In this document: positions 1 through 8,762 of the stretch, in pieces
Layout of the letters: the number at the start of each line of letters is the position of its first letter
Numbering within the stretch: position 1 is the stretch's first letter
NCBI GenBank assembly: GCA_963815195.1
Contig: CAWFGE010000002.1
Coordinates: 1 to 47,333, forward strand
Length of the DNA stretch: 47,333 nucleotides
From: an uncultured Planctomycetaceae bacterium
GTDB taxonomy: Bacteria > Planctomycetota > Planctomycetia > Planctomycetales > Planctomycetaceae
Direction: 5' to 3'
The notes under the pieces: generated by a model
Databases searched by the model: none
What the model was told of the DNA's origin: nothing
What the model saw: only the letters and a program-made list of their open reading frames with translations
Position numbers and translations under genes: made by a program

Positions 1-2
1 AG

Positions 3-215
3 ATTGATTTTTTCAGTTATGATTCGATCGCCTTTGACATCGAGCTAATTGATGGCCGAACGTTGTCGTACTGTGAAGAGGATGAAGAATGGGAGTCGAT
101 TGAGAGGTTGGTGCGATCCTTACCGTTGCTGGATCGGGATTGGTGGAGCAAAGTAGCCTCCCCGGCATTTGCAGAGAATCGCATGTTGATTTATGACAGA
201 AATGCAGTTGGGTAG
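3..215 (+). CDS. 3' part of a hypothetical protein, truncated by the window start
   Basis: Open frame from nt 3 to TAG at 213-215 reads IDFFSYDSIAFDIELIDGRTLSYCEEDEEWESIERLVRSLPLLDRDWWSKVASPAFAENRMLIYDRNAVG*; a hairpin repeat follows directly. Confidence 0.7.
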   Translation: MDFFSYDSIAFDIELIDGRTLSYCEEDEEWESIERLVRSLPLLDRDWWSKVASPAFAENRMLIYDRNAVG

Positions 216-369
216 GGCAGCCTCCTTCCCAATACCATTCAATTAAACTCGAAACCAGAAAACCAAAATCAATGGCTCGTAGCGCCGAAGTTCGGCGCTA
301 CAACATGATGTTATGGCCGTTTGTTCTCGACTCCTTAATTGAACGGTATTGGGCAGGAGCCTGCCCTAC
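212..369. repeat. GTAG-type REP-like inverted repeat pair enclosing a second palindrome
   Basis: 212-246 and 335-369 are 35-bp inverted repeats with 3 mismatches (GTAGGGCAGCCTCCTTCCCAATACC...GGTATTGGGCAGGAGCCTGCCCTAC). The internal palindrome GTAGCGCCGAA-G-TTCGGCGCTAC lies at 279-301. Confidence 0.85.
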
Positions 370-416
370 AAAAACTGGTTATTTTCAAACGAGGGCTAAG
401 ATAAGGATTTGTCGCG

Positions 417-1292
417 ATGCAGAGATTGCCGTTGCTGAGCATCTTGACCGTTCTTATTCTTGGCTGTTCTGTGGAGGGCGATGGCACGTCCATGCAAAAA
501 AGGAAGCGTGCACGTCGCGACCCATCACACCAGCCAGAAAGTGAAATCGCTATGCGACAGAACAGTTACCCCTCGCCGGACTCATGGGAACACGCAAATA
601 CGCGCCAGCGCGAGCGTGCGGTGCGGTCCTTTCAACTGTTGGGGCAACGCGGCGTTCCCGTTTTTTCCGGCCCGTTATTTGTTGATGACGATGAAGAGGT
701 CAAACTCCAAAAACCTCACGAAGTCGCCCGGCGAACGTTGGTTTTGTGGGCCGTGGCGCTCCGGGGTGAGGGAATCCCCAAAGAGGAGGCTTTGGAATTG
801 ATTGAGCAGCAAAACCTTTGGGATAGCGTCAGCCCGGAAGAAAAACGGTTCCTCCAAGACGACGACCCCGACTCCCACGAGTGCCAGAAGTTCGTTTGGC
901 GGCTCGAAAGCATTTGGGTTCTTTTGTGGGCGTTAGGCTACATCGAAGAACTGGAATGGCCGAGCGGGATGTGCGACGTTCCGAAGCTGGCCGAGATCCT
1001 TAACCCGCATGAATCCGATCCGGAATTCATCACGCACGCGAAACTCCGGAACGAGGCTGAGATTCTCGACGAGCAGGATTTGATAATGCGGATCCACTGG
1101 GCGGTTCGCGATGCGTATTTGAATCAAGGCGGCATGATTCCGGATAACCTCGACTGGTCTAAAGATTACAATTTGATCCGTGTGTCAATGAGTCCAGCCG
1201 TGGGCGTCGTTGAGCAACGGCACCACACCCTGAATTGGCTCGTCCGCTTCTTAGACCCGAAGAACTGGGATGAGGTCGATACCCCGACATAG
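417..1292 (+). CDS. DUF4272-like protein, possible N-terminal lipoprotein signal
   Basis: Motifs EVARRTLVLWAV, WRLESIWVLLWALG, ILDEQDLIMRIHWAVRDA and VVEQRHHTLNWL recall DUF4272; N-terminus LLSILTVLILGC; start codon uncertain. Confidence 0.75.
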   Translation: MQRLPLLSILTVLILGCSVEGDGTSMQKRKRARRDPSHQPESEIAMRQNSYPSPDSWEHANTRQRERAVRSFQLLGQRGVPVFSGPLFVDDDEEVKLQKPHEVARRTLVLWAVALRGEGIPKEEALELIEQQNLWDSVSPEEKRFLQDDDPDSHECQKFVWRLESIWVLLWALGYIEELEWPSGMCDVPKLAEILNPHESDPEFITHAKLRNEAEILDEQDLIMRIHWAVRDAYLNQGGMIPDNLDWSKDYNLIRVSMSPAVGVVEQRHHTLNWLVRFLDPKNWDEVDTPT

Positions 1293-1296
1293 TTGA

Positions 1297-1384
1297 GTAG
1301 GGCAGGCTCCTGCCTGCCTTCTTCGTTCCCTATTGATTGACGATTGCCAAATAATTGAGAAAGGCAGGCAGGAGCCTGCCCTAC
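1297..1384. repeat. GTAG-type REP-like inverted repeat (REPIN-like)
   Basis: Perfect 24-bp inverted repeat GTAGGGCAGGCTCCTGCCTGCCTT (1297-1320) / AAGGCAGGCAGGAGCCTGCCCTAC (1361-1384); same family as 212-369. Confidence 0.9.
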
Positions 1385-1432
1385 AAAAACTGTGGCGGCC
1401 TTGGCCGCGAATGAATAGATTGGGCTAAGCCT

Positions 1433-2002
1433 ATGGAGATGAACGAATCTCGAAAGCAGTTCTTCGAGGCGCTGCAAAGGTATGTTTGGTCCGGGTTTTA
1501 TAATGCCGATCAGGTTTTCGAAATGATTGTGGAGAATTGCGAAGTCGATCTGGAGGAACCGCTGCTGCGGTTAATGGTGAGCAAGATGTTTAAAGCCAAG
1601 TCCGCGGACCAGACGGTTTGGCCCGAGGAAACGGATTGCGACGTCTTGGATCAAGCTTTTGCGTACTTGGATTCCCAAGGCATCATCGCGCTCCACAACG
1701 CGGGATACACGATGTCGGATGGGCTCGACGATGTGGACGAGGTGTTCGAGGAACGCGGTCGAAGCCATGTCAAAGGCTATTGCTTCTATCATTGGCAGGA
1801 TGTGGAGGCGGCGATCGCCGGCGGCGGTCTCTGGATTGCATTCGGAGGCTTGAACGAGGATTCCATGCAGAAAATGACAGTCGGCAACCTTGTCAAGGAT
1901 GTGCTGGAAACGCACGGGTTTGTCGTGGAATGGAACGGCGATCCGGAAACCCGGCTTTATATACCCAACTTCGACTGGAAACGGAGGCGGTCGTCTCGAT
2001 AA
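1433..2002 (+). CDS. DUF6891-like hypothetical protein
   Basis: Motifs WPEETDCDVLDQAFAYLDSQGIIALHNAGYTMSDG, GYCFYHWQD, GGGLWIAFG and GFVVEWNGDPETRL. Confidence 0.7.
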   Translation: MEMNESRKQFFEALQRYVWSGFYNADQVFEMIVENCEVDLEEPLLRLMVSKMFKAKSADQTVWPEETDCDVLDQAFAYLDSQGIIALHNAGYTMSDGLDDVDEVFEERGRSHVKGYCFYHWQDVEAAIAGGGLWIAFGGLNEDSMQKMTVGNLVKDVLETHGFVVEWNGDPETRLYIPNFDWKRRRSSR

Positions 2003-2019
2003 GCAATGTATGAAAAGAA

Positions 2020-2098
2020 AACCGCGGATGGCACGGAGGGGCGCAGGATTTTGATAACGCATCTTGTTTATCCGCGCCTATCTGCGTAATCCGCGGTT
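2020..2098. repeat. Inverted repeat upstream of the GxxExxY gene
   Basis: AACCGCGGATGGCACGGAGGGGCGCAGGAT ... ATCCGCGCCTATCTGCGTAATCCGCGGTT. Confidence 0.8.
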
Positions 2099-2136
2099 CT
2101 CCCTGACAAAAATCGGTCGCTTAGAGGCATTCAGAC

Positions 2137-2523
2137 ATGGCAGATAAATTGATCCATGAAGAATTGAGCGAATCGATTATCGGGGCCGCGATGGCGGTGT
2201 TAAACTCTTTGAAGCCTGGGCTGGAGGAGAAACTTTACGAGAATGCACTTGTTATCGAACTCCTTCGCTGCGGACACAAAATCGACCAACAGAAACGTTT
2301 TCCCGTTTACTACCGCGGCCACTTGATTGGAACGCTGGTTCCGGATTTGATTGTGGACGATTTGGTCATCGCTGACCCTAAGGTTGTGACGGATTTCAAT
2401 GAAACGCACATGGCCCAAATGATCGGATACCTGAATATCACGGAACTGGATTTGGCTCTCTTGCTGAACTTGAAATTTGCGAAACTCAAGTGGAAACGTG
2501 TCGCCAACTCGAACGGACGGTAA
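2137..2523 (+). CDS. GxxExxY protein (PD-(D/E)xK nuclease-like)
   Basis: IIGAAMAVLNSLKPGLEEKLYENAL contains GxxExxY; also PDLIVDD and HMAQMIGYLNIT...LALLLN. Confidence 0.92.
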   Translation: MADKLIHEELSESIIGAAMAVLNSLKPGLEEKLYENALVIELLRCGHKIDQQKRFPVYYRGHLIGTLVPDLIVDDLVIADPKVVTDFNETHMAQMIGYLNITELDLALLLNLKFAKLKWKRVANSNGR

Positions 2524-2542
2524 AGGGAATGGAAATCATATT

Positions 2543-2620
2543 AACCGCGGATGGCGCAGATGGGCGCGGATGTGGATGACGCGTTCTCAATATCCGCGCC
2601 TTTCCGCGTGATCCGCGGTT
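2543..2620. repeat. Inverted repeat downstream of the GxxExxY gene, same family as 2020-2098
   Basis: AACCGCGGATGGCGCAGATGGGCGCGGAT ... ATCCGCGCCTTTCCGCGTGATCCGCGGTT. Confidence 0.8.
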
Positions 2621-2643
2621 TATTCTCCGAAGCAATTGTGAGC

Positions 2644-5106
2644 ATGAAAATGATTCGATCCTATCTTGTTGTCTTGTGTCTCCTTTCTCTCAGCACGCAG
2701 TTGAAGGCCGATCTGAAAATCCTGCCGCGGGAGGTTTCGCTTTCCAGCACCGCGGCGAGGCAGCGGGTGTTGGTGGAGCGGTTTGCGGACGGCGTCGCGG
2801 CGGGGCAGGTGATTGAGGGGATTGCGTTTCAATCGAGCGATCCCAAGGTTGCCCGCGTGGAGGAGGGAATCCTGGTGCCGGTGGGGAATGGGTCCGCGAC
2901 GGTGACGGCGAAAGTCGGTGGAGAGACCGCCGAGTGCCGGGTTGTGGTGACGGGTCAGAAGGAGCCGCATGTTTGGAGTTTTCGCAACCACGTGCAGTCG
3001 GTGCTGTCCAAGAAGGGCTGCAATTCCGGGGCGTGTCACGGGGCGGCTGCAGGGAAGAACGGTTTTAAATTGTCGCTGCGGGGGTACGATCCGGAGTTCG
3101 ATTTTTACTCGATCACGCGCCAAAGCCGGGGCCGGCGGATTGTGCCCAAGGATCCCGGCCATAGCTTGCTGCTCACAAAGCCTACGGGAGCCATCCCGCA
3201 TAAGGGGGGCCTCCGGTTTCGGGAGGATTCCCGCGAGTACCGCGTGCTCTCCGAGTGGATCGCGGCCGGGCAGCCTGGGCCCAAGTCCGACGATCCCCGG
3301 CTCGATCATTTGGAGATCCTGCCCAAAAACGCGATCCTCAAACCGGAACAAAACCAGCAGCTTCTGGTCCTCGCCCATTTCAGCGATGGGCACGCGGAAG
3401 ATGTCACGGCCTGGGCAAAATACACGGCCACCAACCTGACGGTGGCCAAGGTGGATGAGGAAGGCCAAGTGACCGTCAGTGGGCATGGCGAGGGTTCGGT
3501 TGTCGCATGGTATCTGTCGAAAAACGTCGTCGCGACCGTGACATCGCCTTACCCAAACGAAGTCCCGGCGAAAGCGTTTGCCGAGTCGCCCCGAGCCAAC
3601 TTGATCGATGGACTTGTGCTCGAAAAACTTGAGCAATTGAATCTGCCGCCGTCGCATCGGTCGAGCGATGAGGAATTCATCCGCCGGGCTTTTTTGGACA
3701 CCATCGGGGTGTTGCCTAGGGCGGAGGAGACGCGGAAGTTCCTCAAAGATTCCTCCCCGGACAAGCGGGCGAAGCTGATCGATGAACTGCTCGAGCGGCC
3801 GGAGTTTGTCGATTACTGGACTTACAAGTGGTCGGACCTGTTACTGTTGAGCGGCGAGCGGCTCAGGCCCAAGGCGCTCGATACGTTTTACAGTTGGATT
3901 CGCGGGCACGTCGAAAAGAACACCCCCTGGGACGAGTTCGTTCGGCAGATCGTGGTCGCCAAGGGCAGCACCTTCGAGAACGGGGCCGCCAATTTTTATT
4001 CGCTGCACCAGGACCCGTTGGACATGGCCGAGAACGTTTCGATGGCGTTTCTGGGCATGTCGATCGGCTGCGCGAAGTGCCACGATCATCCGCTCGAAAA
4101 ATGGACCAACGACCAATACTACGGCATGGCCAACATGTTCTCCCGCGTGCGGGGCAAGGGCTGGGGCGGCGATTACCGCAACGGCGACGGCAACCGCACG
4201 GTCTTCACCGTCCAAGAGGGCGAACTGATCCAGCCCCGCACCGGCAAACCGCAGCCGCCCCGCCCACTCGATGCCGAGCCTCTGCCGGCAGGCGACACGG
4301 CCGACCGCAGAGTTTATGTGGCGGAGTGGCTCACCTCGCCGGAGAATCCCTACTTCACGCGGGCGATCGTGAACCGCGTGTTGGCGAACTATCTGGGCGT
4401 GGGGATCGTGGAAGCGGTGGACGACCTCCGGCTCACCAATCCGCCTTCCAACGAAGCCCTGCTCGCGGCCCTGTCCGATTATCTCGTTAAACAGAATTAC
4501 GATCTCAAATCGCTGATGCGGTTGATTCTCAATTCCGAAACCTATCAACGCGCCAGCGAACCGTTAAAAGAAAACCGGGCCGACGAACGCTATTACTCGA
4601 GGTATTATCCCAAACGGCTCTCGGCGGAGGTGCTGTTGGATGCGATTTCAGAGGTGACCGAAGCCCCCACGAAGTTCGCCGGCTATCCCGACGGCACGCG
4701 GGCTTTGCAGCTTCGCGATGCGAATGTGGCGTCGTATTTTCTGCAAACGTTCGGCCGGCCGGACCGTCTGATTACCTGCGAATGCGAACGCACGTCGGAC
4801 CCGAGCATGACGCAGGTGCTGCATATCTTGAACGGCGATACGCTCAACGAGAAACTTTCCCGCCAGGCTGACGAGAAGGCCAAGACGAAGGACAACCGCA
4901 TCGGCCGTTTGCTCAAAGCCAAGACCTCGAATGCCGACTTGATCGAGGATATTTATCTCGCCGCGTTTTCGCGGTTTCCGACGGAGGAAGAGCGAAAACG
5001 CTTGCTCAAGGCGCTGGAAGGAATTCCCGCGGCGGAACAGCGGGCCGCGATCGAGGATTTGTATTGGAGCCTGTTGAGCAGCCGGGAGTTTTTGTTTAAT
5101 CACTGA
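2644..5106 (+). CDS. DUF1549/DUF1553 (PSCyt2/PSD1) domain protein with Ig-like (Big_2) domains, secreted
   Basis: Signal peptide MKMIRSYLVVLCLLSLSTQLKA; GCNSGACHG, SSDEEFIRRAFLDTIG, CAKCHDHP, NPYFTRAIVNR and C-terminal SREFLFNH. Start moved from 2551 because that codon lies inside the repeat. Confidence 0.92.
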   Translation: MKMIRSYLVVLCLLSLSTQLKADLKILPREVSLSSTAARQRVLVERFADGVAAGQVIEGIAFQSSDPKVARVEEGILVPVGNGSATVTAKVGGETAECRVVVTGQKEPHVWSFRNHVQSVLSKKGCNSGACHGAAAGKNGFKLSLRGYDPEFDFYSITRQSRGRRIVPKDPGHSLLLTKPTGAIPHKGGLRFREDSREYRVLSEWIAAGQPGPKSDDPRLDHLEILPKNAILKPEQNQQLLVLAHFSDGHAEDVTAWAKYTATNLTVAKVDEEGQVTVSGHGEGSVVAWYLSKNVVATVTSPYPNEVPAKAFAESPRANLIDGLVLEKLEQLNLPPSHRSSDEEFIRRAFLDTIGVLPRAEETRKFLKDSSPDKRAKLIDELLERPEFVDYWTYKWSDLLLLSGERLRPKALDTFYSWIRGHVEKNTPWDEFVRQIVVAKGSTFENGAANFYSLHQDPLDMAENVSMAFLGMSIGCAKCHDHPLEKWTNDQYYGMANMFSRVRGKGWGGDYRNGDGNRTVFTVQEGELIQPRTGKPQPPRPLDAEPLPAGDTADRRVYVAEWLTSPENPYFTRAIVNRVLANYLGVGIVEAVDDLRLTNPPSNEALLAALSDYLVKQNYDLKSLMRLILNSETYQRASEPLKENRADERYYSRYYPKRLSAEVLLDAISEVTEAPTKFAGYPDGTRALQLRDANVASYFLQTFGRPDRLITCECERTSDPSMTQVLHILNGDTLNEKLSRQADEKAKTKDNRIGRLLKAKTSNADLIEDIYLAAFSRFPTEEERKRLLKALEGIPAAEQRAAIEDLYWSLLSSREFLFNH

Positions 5107-5108
5107 CA

Positions 5109-5136
5109 GGCGAGCGTGGGACGTCAGTCCCATGAT
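5109..5136. repeat. Short palindromic repeat family A (GGCGAGCGTGGGRCGTCAGYCCCATGAT)
   Basis: Further copies in reverse orientation at 19997-20024, 31394-31433 (internal duplication) and 33997-34012 (partial). Confidence 0.8.
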
Positions 5137-5261
5137 TGTTGAGACGTCGCCCTCCAATTTTCATTTCGTCCAATTATTTGTAGACGGCAAACACAAGCGT
5201 TCGGGGATGATCAGCCGGCTTACGCCGGCCGCTCGCCTTGGACGAAAGGAACGAAAGACTT

Positions 5262-5645
5262 ATGATGCCCGATCAAACTGCGGCGGATTCGCTGATGTCA
5301 AATCTTGTGGACCGGATTGAATATGTCCTGGCCGATGCCGAGGCCCAGGAAAAACCTTTGGAGCTCTCACCCTGGCGGGAGCAGTTGTTCGAGTTGTTCG
5401 TGACGGCTCACGGGGCGGGGTTTCTCGATGGTGACGCCGAGGAGGATCTCACGTCCGATGCCCTCTGCCACGAGCTCGCCGAGCGGTGGGGACTGGCGGA
5501 CGCGGCCCGGCATTCGTTTGAGGAGCAGGAAAAACTGGGCCCCGAACATCTGGCCCGCATGCGGATGCTGTGGTCGTTGATGCGAATGTGGATGGAATGG
5601 ACCTACGCCTGGAACCGCTGGCCGGAGTTTCATGGCTCTCGGTGA
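5262..5645 (+). CDS. Hypothetical protein
   Basis: ORF with typical codon usage and a Trp-rich C-terminus (LWSLMRMWMEWTYAWNRWPEF); purine-rich RBS upstream. Confidence 0.75.
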   Translation: MMPDQTAADSLMSNLVDRIEYVLADAEAQEKPLELSPWREQLFELFVTAHGAGFLDGDAEEDLTSDALCHELAERWGLADAARHSFEEQEKLGPEHLARMRMLWSLMRMWMEWTYAWNRWPEFHGSR

Positions 5646-5686
5646 TTGCGGAAGGAACGCTACGTGTCTCAGAATTGTCGGTAAAA

Positions 5687-5793
5687 ATGTGTGCCACTGG
5701 CTTTGCCAGTGTTTTTTCAAGGCGGGAATCAGAAGTCGATCGGCATTTGGACGGCAACTGGTAGATCGCACTGGCGGAGCCAGTGGCACACAT
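5687..5793. repeat. Inverted repeat pair of the TGTGCCACTGGCTTTGCCAGTG type
   Basis: ATGTGTGCCACTGGCTTTGCCAGTG (5687-5711) / CACTGGCGGAGCCAGTGGCACACAT (5769-5793); 25 bp with 2 mismatches. Confidence 0.85.
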
Positions 5794-5878
5794 CAGGTTG
5801 GAAACGTGATCGTCCAGAGAAATCGTCGAGGAGAAACTCACCTGCTTTCTTGAGTTACACCCGGAGGAACGAAGCCGG

Positions 5879-6364
5879 ATGCGAATTGCCGTGGTCAGCG
5901 ACACGCATGGAAAAAGTGAGCCCACCCAAAAGGCGCTCGATCAAATCCGCACCCGGGACGTGGAGGCCATTCTGCACTGCGGCGACATCGGCAGTTTGGA
6001 CTTGATCGACCTCTTCGCGGATTGGCCCGCGCATTTCGTGTTCGGGAACGTGGATGACAACCGCGATGCCCTCGCTCGCAAGATTCAAGCGGCCGGCAAG
6101 TCGTGTCACGGAAGCTTCGGCGAACTTGAGCTGGCGGAGAAGCGCATCGCCTTTCTGCACGGCGATGATCGGGTCAGGCTTCGCGAGGCGATCGATTCCG
6201 AGGACTACGATCTCGTTTGCTACGGGCACACGCACCAGAAGGAAACGCACGCGGAAGGGAAGACCGTGGTGCTCAATGCCGGCGCGCTGTTTCGGGCCCG
6301 GCCGCGGACGTTTGCTTTGGTCGAATTGCCCTCGCTGAACATCGAGTTTGTCGAAGTTGGTTAA
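5879..6364 (+). CDS. YfcE/MJ0936-family metallophosphoesterase
   Basis: Motifs SDTHG, HCGD, GNVD, LHG, GHTH and LNAG. Confidence 0.92.
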   Translation: MRIAVVSDTHGKSEPTQKALDQIRTRDVEAILHCGDIGSLDLIDLFADWPAHFVFGNVDDNRDALARKIQAAGKSCHGSFGELELAEKRIAFLHGDDRVRLREAIDSEDYDLVCYGHTHQKETHAEGKTVVLNAGALFRARPRTFALVELPSLNIEFVEVG

Positions 6365-6431
6365 GACCGTTCAAGAAAAAACTGTCCAATGACCAGCCGG
6401 AATGGGCTAGCGTCCGTTTCTTCCCGCGAAC

Positions 6432-6641
6432 CGGGGCTAGCGCCCTGCGGCTAATAAATGCGACGGGGTGGCTGGGTGCAAAGGAATGTTCCAAGGAAAA
6501 AGGAGAATTGAGGCCTGGGGCCGTGTGAGATTTTTCTCGCGGGGCCACAGCCCCAGCTTTCGCAGTTCAAGCCTTATTCCAAGGGGGATTTGCGCCGAAG
6601 CGACAGACGGGGCTAGCGCCCTGCGCGCTAATAAATGCGAC
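6432..6641. repeat. Composite repeat: about 140-bp dispersed element (6467-6605) between two 33/34-bp direct repeats
   Basis: CGGGGCTAGCGCCCTGCG(C)GCTAATAAATGCGAC at 6432-6464 and 6608-6641; the interior is colinear with 25957-26096. Confidence 0.85.
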
Positions 6642-6692
6642 AATCATTGATCGAGCCATTCTTACAGCGGAACAACTTTTCGGGGGCCATTG

Positions 6693-7082
6693 ATGTTAGC
6701 CCGCTACAAAATGTACCGCCGGCGGCCCAAAGATGCGGGACCGCTGCCCGAAGGGATTCGCCAGGACACCCGCTGGCGGACTAAACACATCCTGAGGCCC
6801 ACGCGGGAGATGGTCGAGACCTATCTCGCGGATCCCACGGAACCTGCCTGGAAGAAATTCCGCTCGGCCTATTTGAAAGAGCTTCGCGCCCGCTACGAAG
6901 CCGACCCGGCTGCGTTTCAGGTACTGGCCGACTTGGCTTCGGAGAATTCCGTATTTCTGGGATGCAGTTGCCCGACTCAGAAAAACCCCGACGTCCGGCA
7001 CTGCCACACCTGGCCGGCTCTCGAATTCATGAAAGACAAATTCCCGGAGCTTGAAGTCGTTTTCCCGGCTGAGGACGCGTGA
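6693..7082 (+). CDS. DUF488-like hypothetical protein
   Basis: LRPTREM..., WKKFRSAYLKEL, VFLGCSC and CHT resemble the DUF488 pattern. Confidence 0.6.
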   Translation: MLARYKMYRRRPKDAGPLPEGIRQDTRWRTKHILRPTREMVETYLADPTEPAWKKFRSAYLKELRARYEADPAAFQVLADLASENSVFLGCSCPTQKNPDVRHCHTWPALEFMKDKFPELEVVFPAEDA

Positions 7083-7257
7083 GAATTGGCGGTGGGCGAT
7101 TGGCAGACTTCGTACTTTCGCTTGTGGTCGGTCATCGCGCGGATTGTTCCCTCGTCGCGCTCGCCATTGATTCCTTAACTTCCGCAGAACGCATCGGCCC
7201 GCACATTTGACATCGGACCTCCCGGTTGAGCATCCATAAATCCCGGCTGGCAACGAC

Positions 7258-7272
7258 TGGAACGTCATTTGC
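7258..7272 (+). promoter_or_regulatory. Putative sigma-54 (-24/-12) promoter
   Basis: TGGAACGTCATTTGC: GG(7259-60)-N10-GC(7271-72), about 50 nt upstream of the cytochrome c ATG, which has RBS AGGAGA. Confidence 0.6.
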
Positions 7273-7321
7273 GTTTCCGGGAAAAGGAGCAGATCGGCCA
7301 GACAACAACAGGAGACAACCG

Positions 7322-7915
7322 ATGAAACGCATTTTTTGGACGGCGGCCATTACTTTGCTCATCGTTCTCGGCATTCCGCTGCTTGTGCTGGCGACGGGCG
7401 TCCTGAGCATGGGGGCCACTGGCGGACCGGGATTCCTGGAAGAGACGTTCGCCAACTTCGCCGTCAACCGCACCCTGGCGATGCACGCCCCGGATAAGAA
7501 AAACCCCTACGCCGACGATCCAAAAGCGATCGCCGACGGCATGGAACATTACGCCGCCATGTGCGTCCGCTGCCACGGGGGCCCCGGGGTCAAGCCGGAG
7601 GAATTCGCCCAGGGACTCAATCCCCCCGCCCCCGACCTGAAGCGCATCGCCAAGGAGTTTTCGGACGGTGAACTCTATTGGACCATCAAGCACGGCATCC
7701 GCATGACCGGAATGCCCGCCTTTGGAAAGACGCACGACGACGAGGACGTGTGGAAAATGGCCGCCTTTGTCAAACAGCTTCCCCAACTGACGGCGGAGCA
7801 AAAGCAAAACCTGAAACAGCAGGCGGAAAGCGGCGGCCATCATCACGAACACGGGGAGGCGGAAACGCACGCAGAAAAAGAGCACCCGGAGAACCGCCCC
7901 CATGCGCACGATTGA
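7322..7915 (+). CDS. Membrane-anchored monoheme cytochrome c with His-rich tail
   Basis: N-terminal TM helix, CVRCH heme motif, GLNPPAPDL, WTIKHGIRMTGMPAF and tail GGHHHEHG...PHAHD. Confidence 0.9.
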   Translation: MKRIFWTAAITLLIVLGIPLLVLATGVLSMGATGGPGFLEETFANFAVNRTLAMHAPDKKNPYADDPKAIADGMEHYAAMCVRCHGGPGVKPEEFAQGLNPPAPDLKRIAKEFSDGELYWTIKHGIRMTGMPAFGKTHDDEDVWKMAAFVKQLPQLTAEQKQNLKQQAESGGHHHEHGEAETHAEKEHPENRPHAHD

Positions 7916-7980
7916 GCGGGCGTGATCTTCGTTTCGTGAACTTCTAAAACCTCCAGGCTCTTTTGCAGCCTTCTGATCGC

Positions 7981-8655
7981 TCACGTCAGCAGTGAGAGAA
8001 ACACGTCCGGTTCCGAAAAATCCTCGAACAGATAATCTGCCTCGGCGGCTTTGAGGTCTTCCAGGGAATAAAGTCCGGTGCCGACGGCGACGACTTTGGC
8101 TCCGATGGCCCGGCCGCATTTGACATCGGCCGGCGTATCGCCGATGACCCAGAGGCCGTCCAGGTTCACTGGGTCGGGGTGGAGGGTTTGGAGTGCGGTG
8201 AGGGCTTCGCGGGCGACGTCGTCACGGTCGTGGTGGTGATCGCCGTAGCCTCCGAAGCGGAAGAAATGGTCCAACTGAAAATGGGCGAGCTTGGCCTTGG
8301 CTCCCAGCGAAAAGTTGCCGGTGAGTAAGCCCAGGATCACGTCTTCGCGGCTGTGCAAGGTCTCCAGAATCTCCACGATGCCGGGCAGCACGAGGCCGTC
8401 ACGGTTCGCGAGATGCTTGGGAAGTTCCTCCAGATAAGCGGCCACGAATTGTTCCCAAACCTGCTCGTCGAAGGCGATCTGAAAAAAGTCGAACAGGTCG
8501 GAGACGATCGCCCGGTCAGTGCGGCCGGCGACGGAAATGCCGTGCACCGGGTTATTCGCCCCGAACAGATCCTCAAGGGCCGCTTCCATCGCCGCCTGTC
8601 CCGCCCCGCCGCTGCTGAGCAGCGTGCCGTCAATGTCAAACAAACAGTAGTGCAT
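7981..8655 (-). CDS. HAD-family hydrolase (phosphoglycolate phosphatase-like)
   Basis: Motif I LFDIDGTL, LLTGN and VIGDTPADV. Confidence 0.9.
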   Translation of the reverse strand: MHYCLFDIDGTLLSSGGAGQAAMEAALEDLFGANNPVHGISVAGRTDRAIVSDLFDFFQIAFDEQVWEQFVAAYLEELPKHLANRDGLVLPGIVEILETLHSREDVILGLLTGNFSLGAKAKLAHFQLDHFFRFGGYGDHHHDRDDVAREALTALQTLHPDPVNLDGLWVIGDTPADVKCGRAIGAKVVAVGTGLYSLEDLKAAEADYLFEDFSEPDVFLSLLT

Positions 8656-8762
8656 CCGAGGTGTGGGTTCCAATCGATTGTGACAATTAAAGTCGGGAGG
8701 GCGTGGCACATATCACCGACCACGCCCTTCGCTGCGCTCCGGGACGTGCCACCCAAGGGGTT

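Noticed and set aside
212..1384. Hairpins as integron attC sites
   Set aside because: No RYYYAAC...GTTRRRY ends are visible; the GTAG/CTAC termini fit REP-like elements better.
6432..6641. 33-bp direct repeats as a CRISPR array
   Set aside because: Only two units, the 143-bp interval is itself a dispersed repeat, and no cas genes are present.
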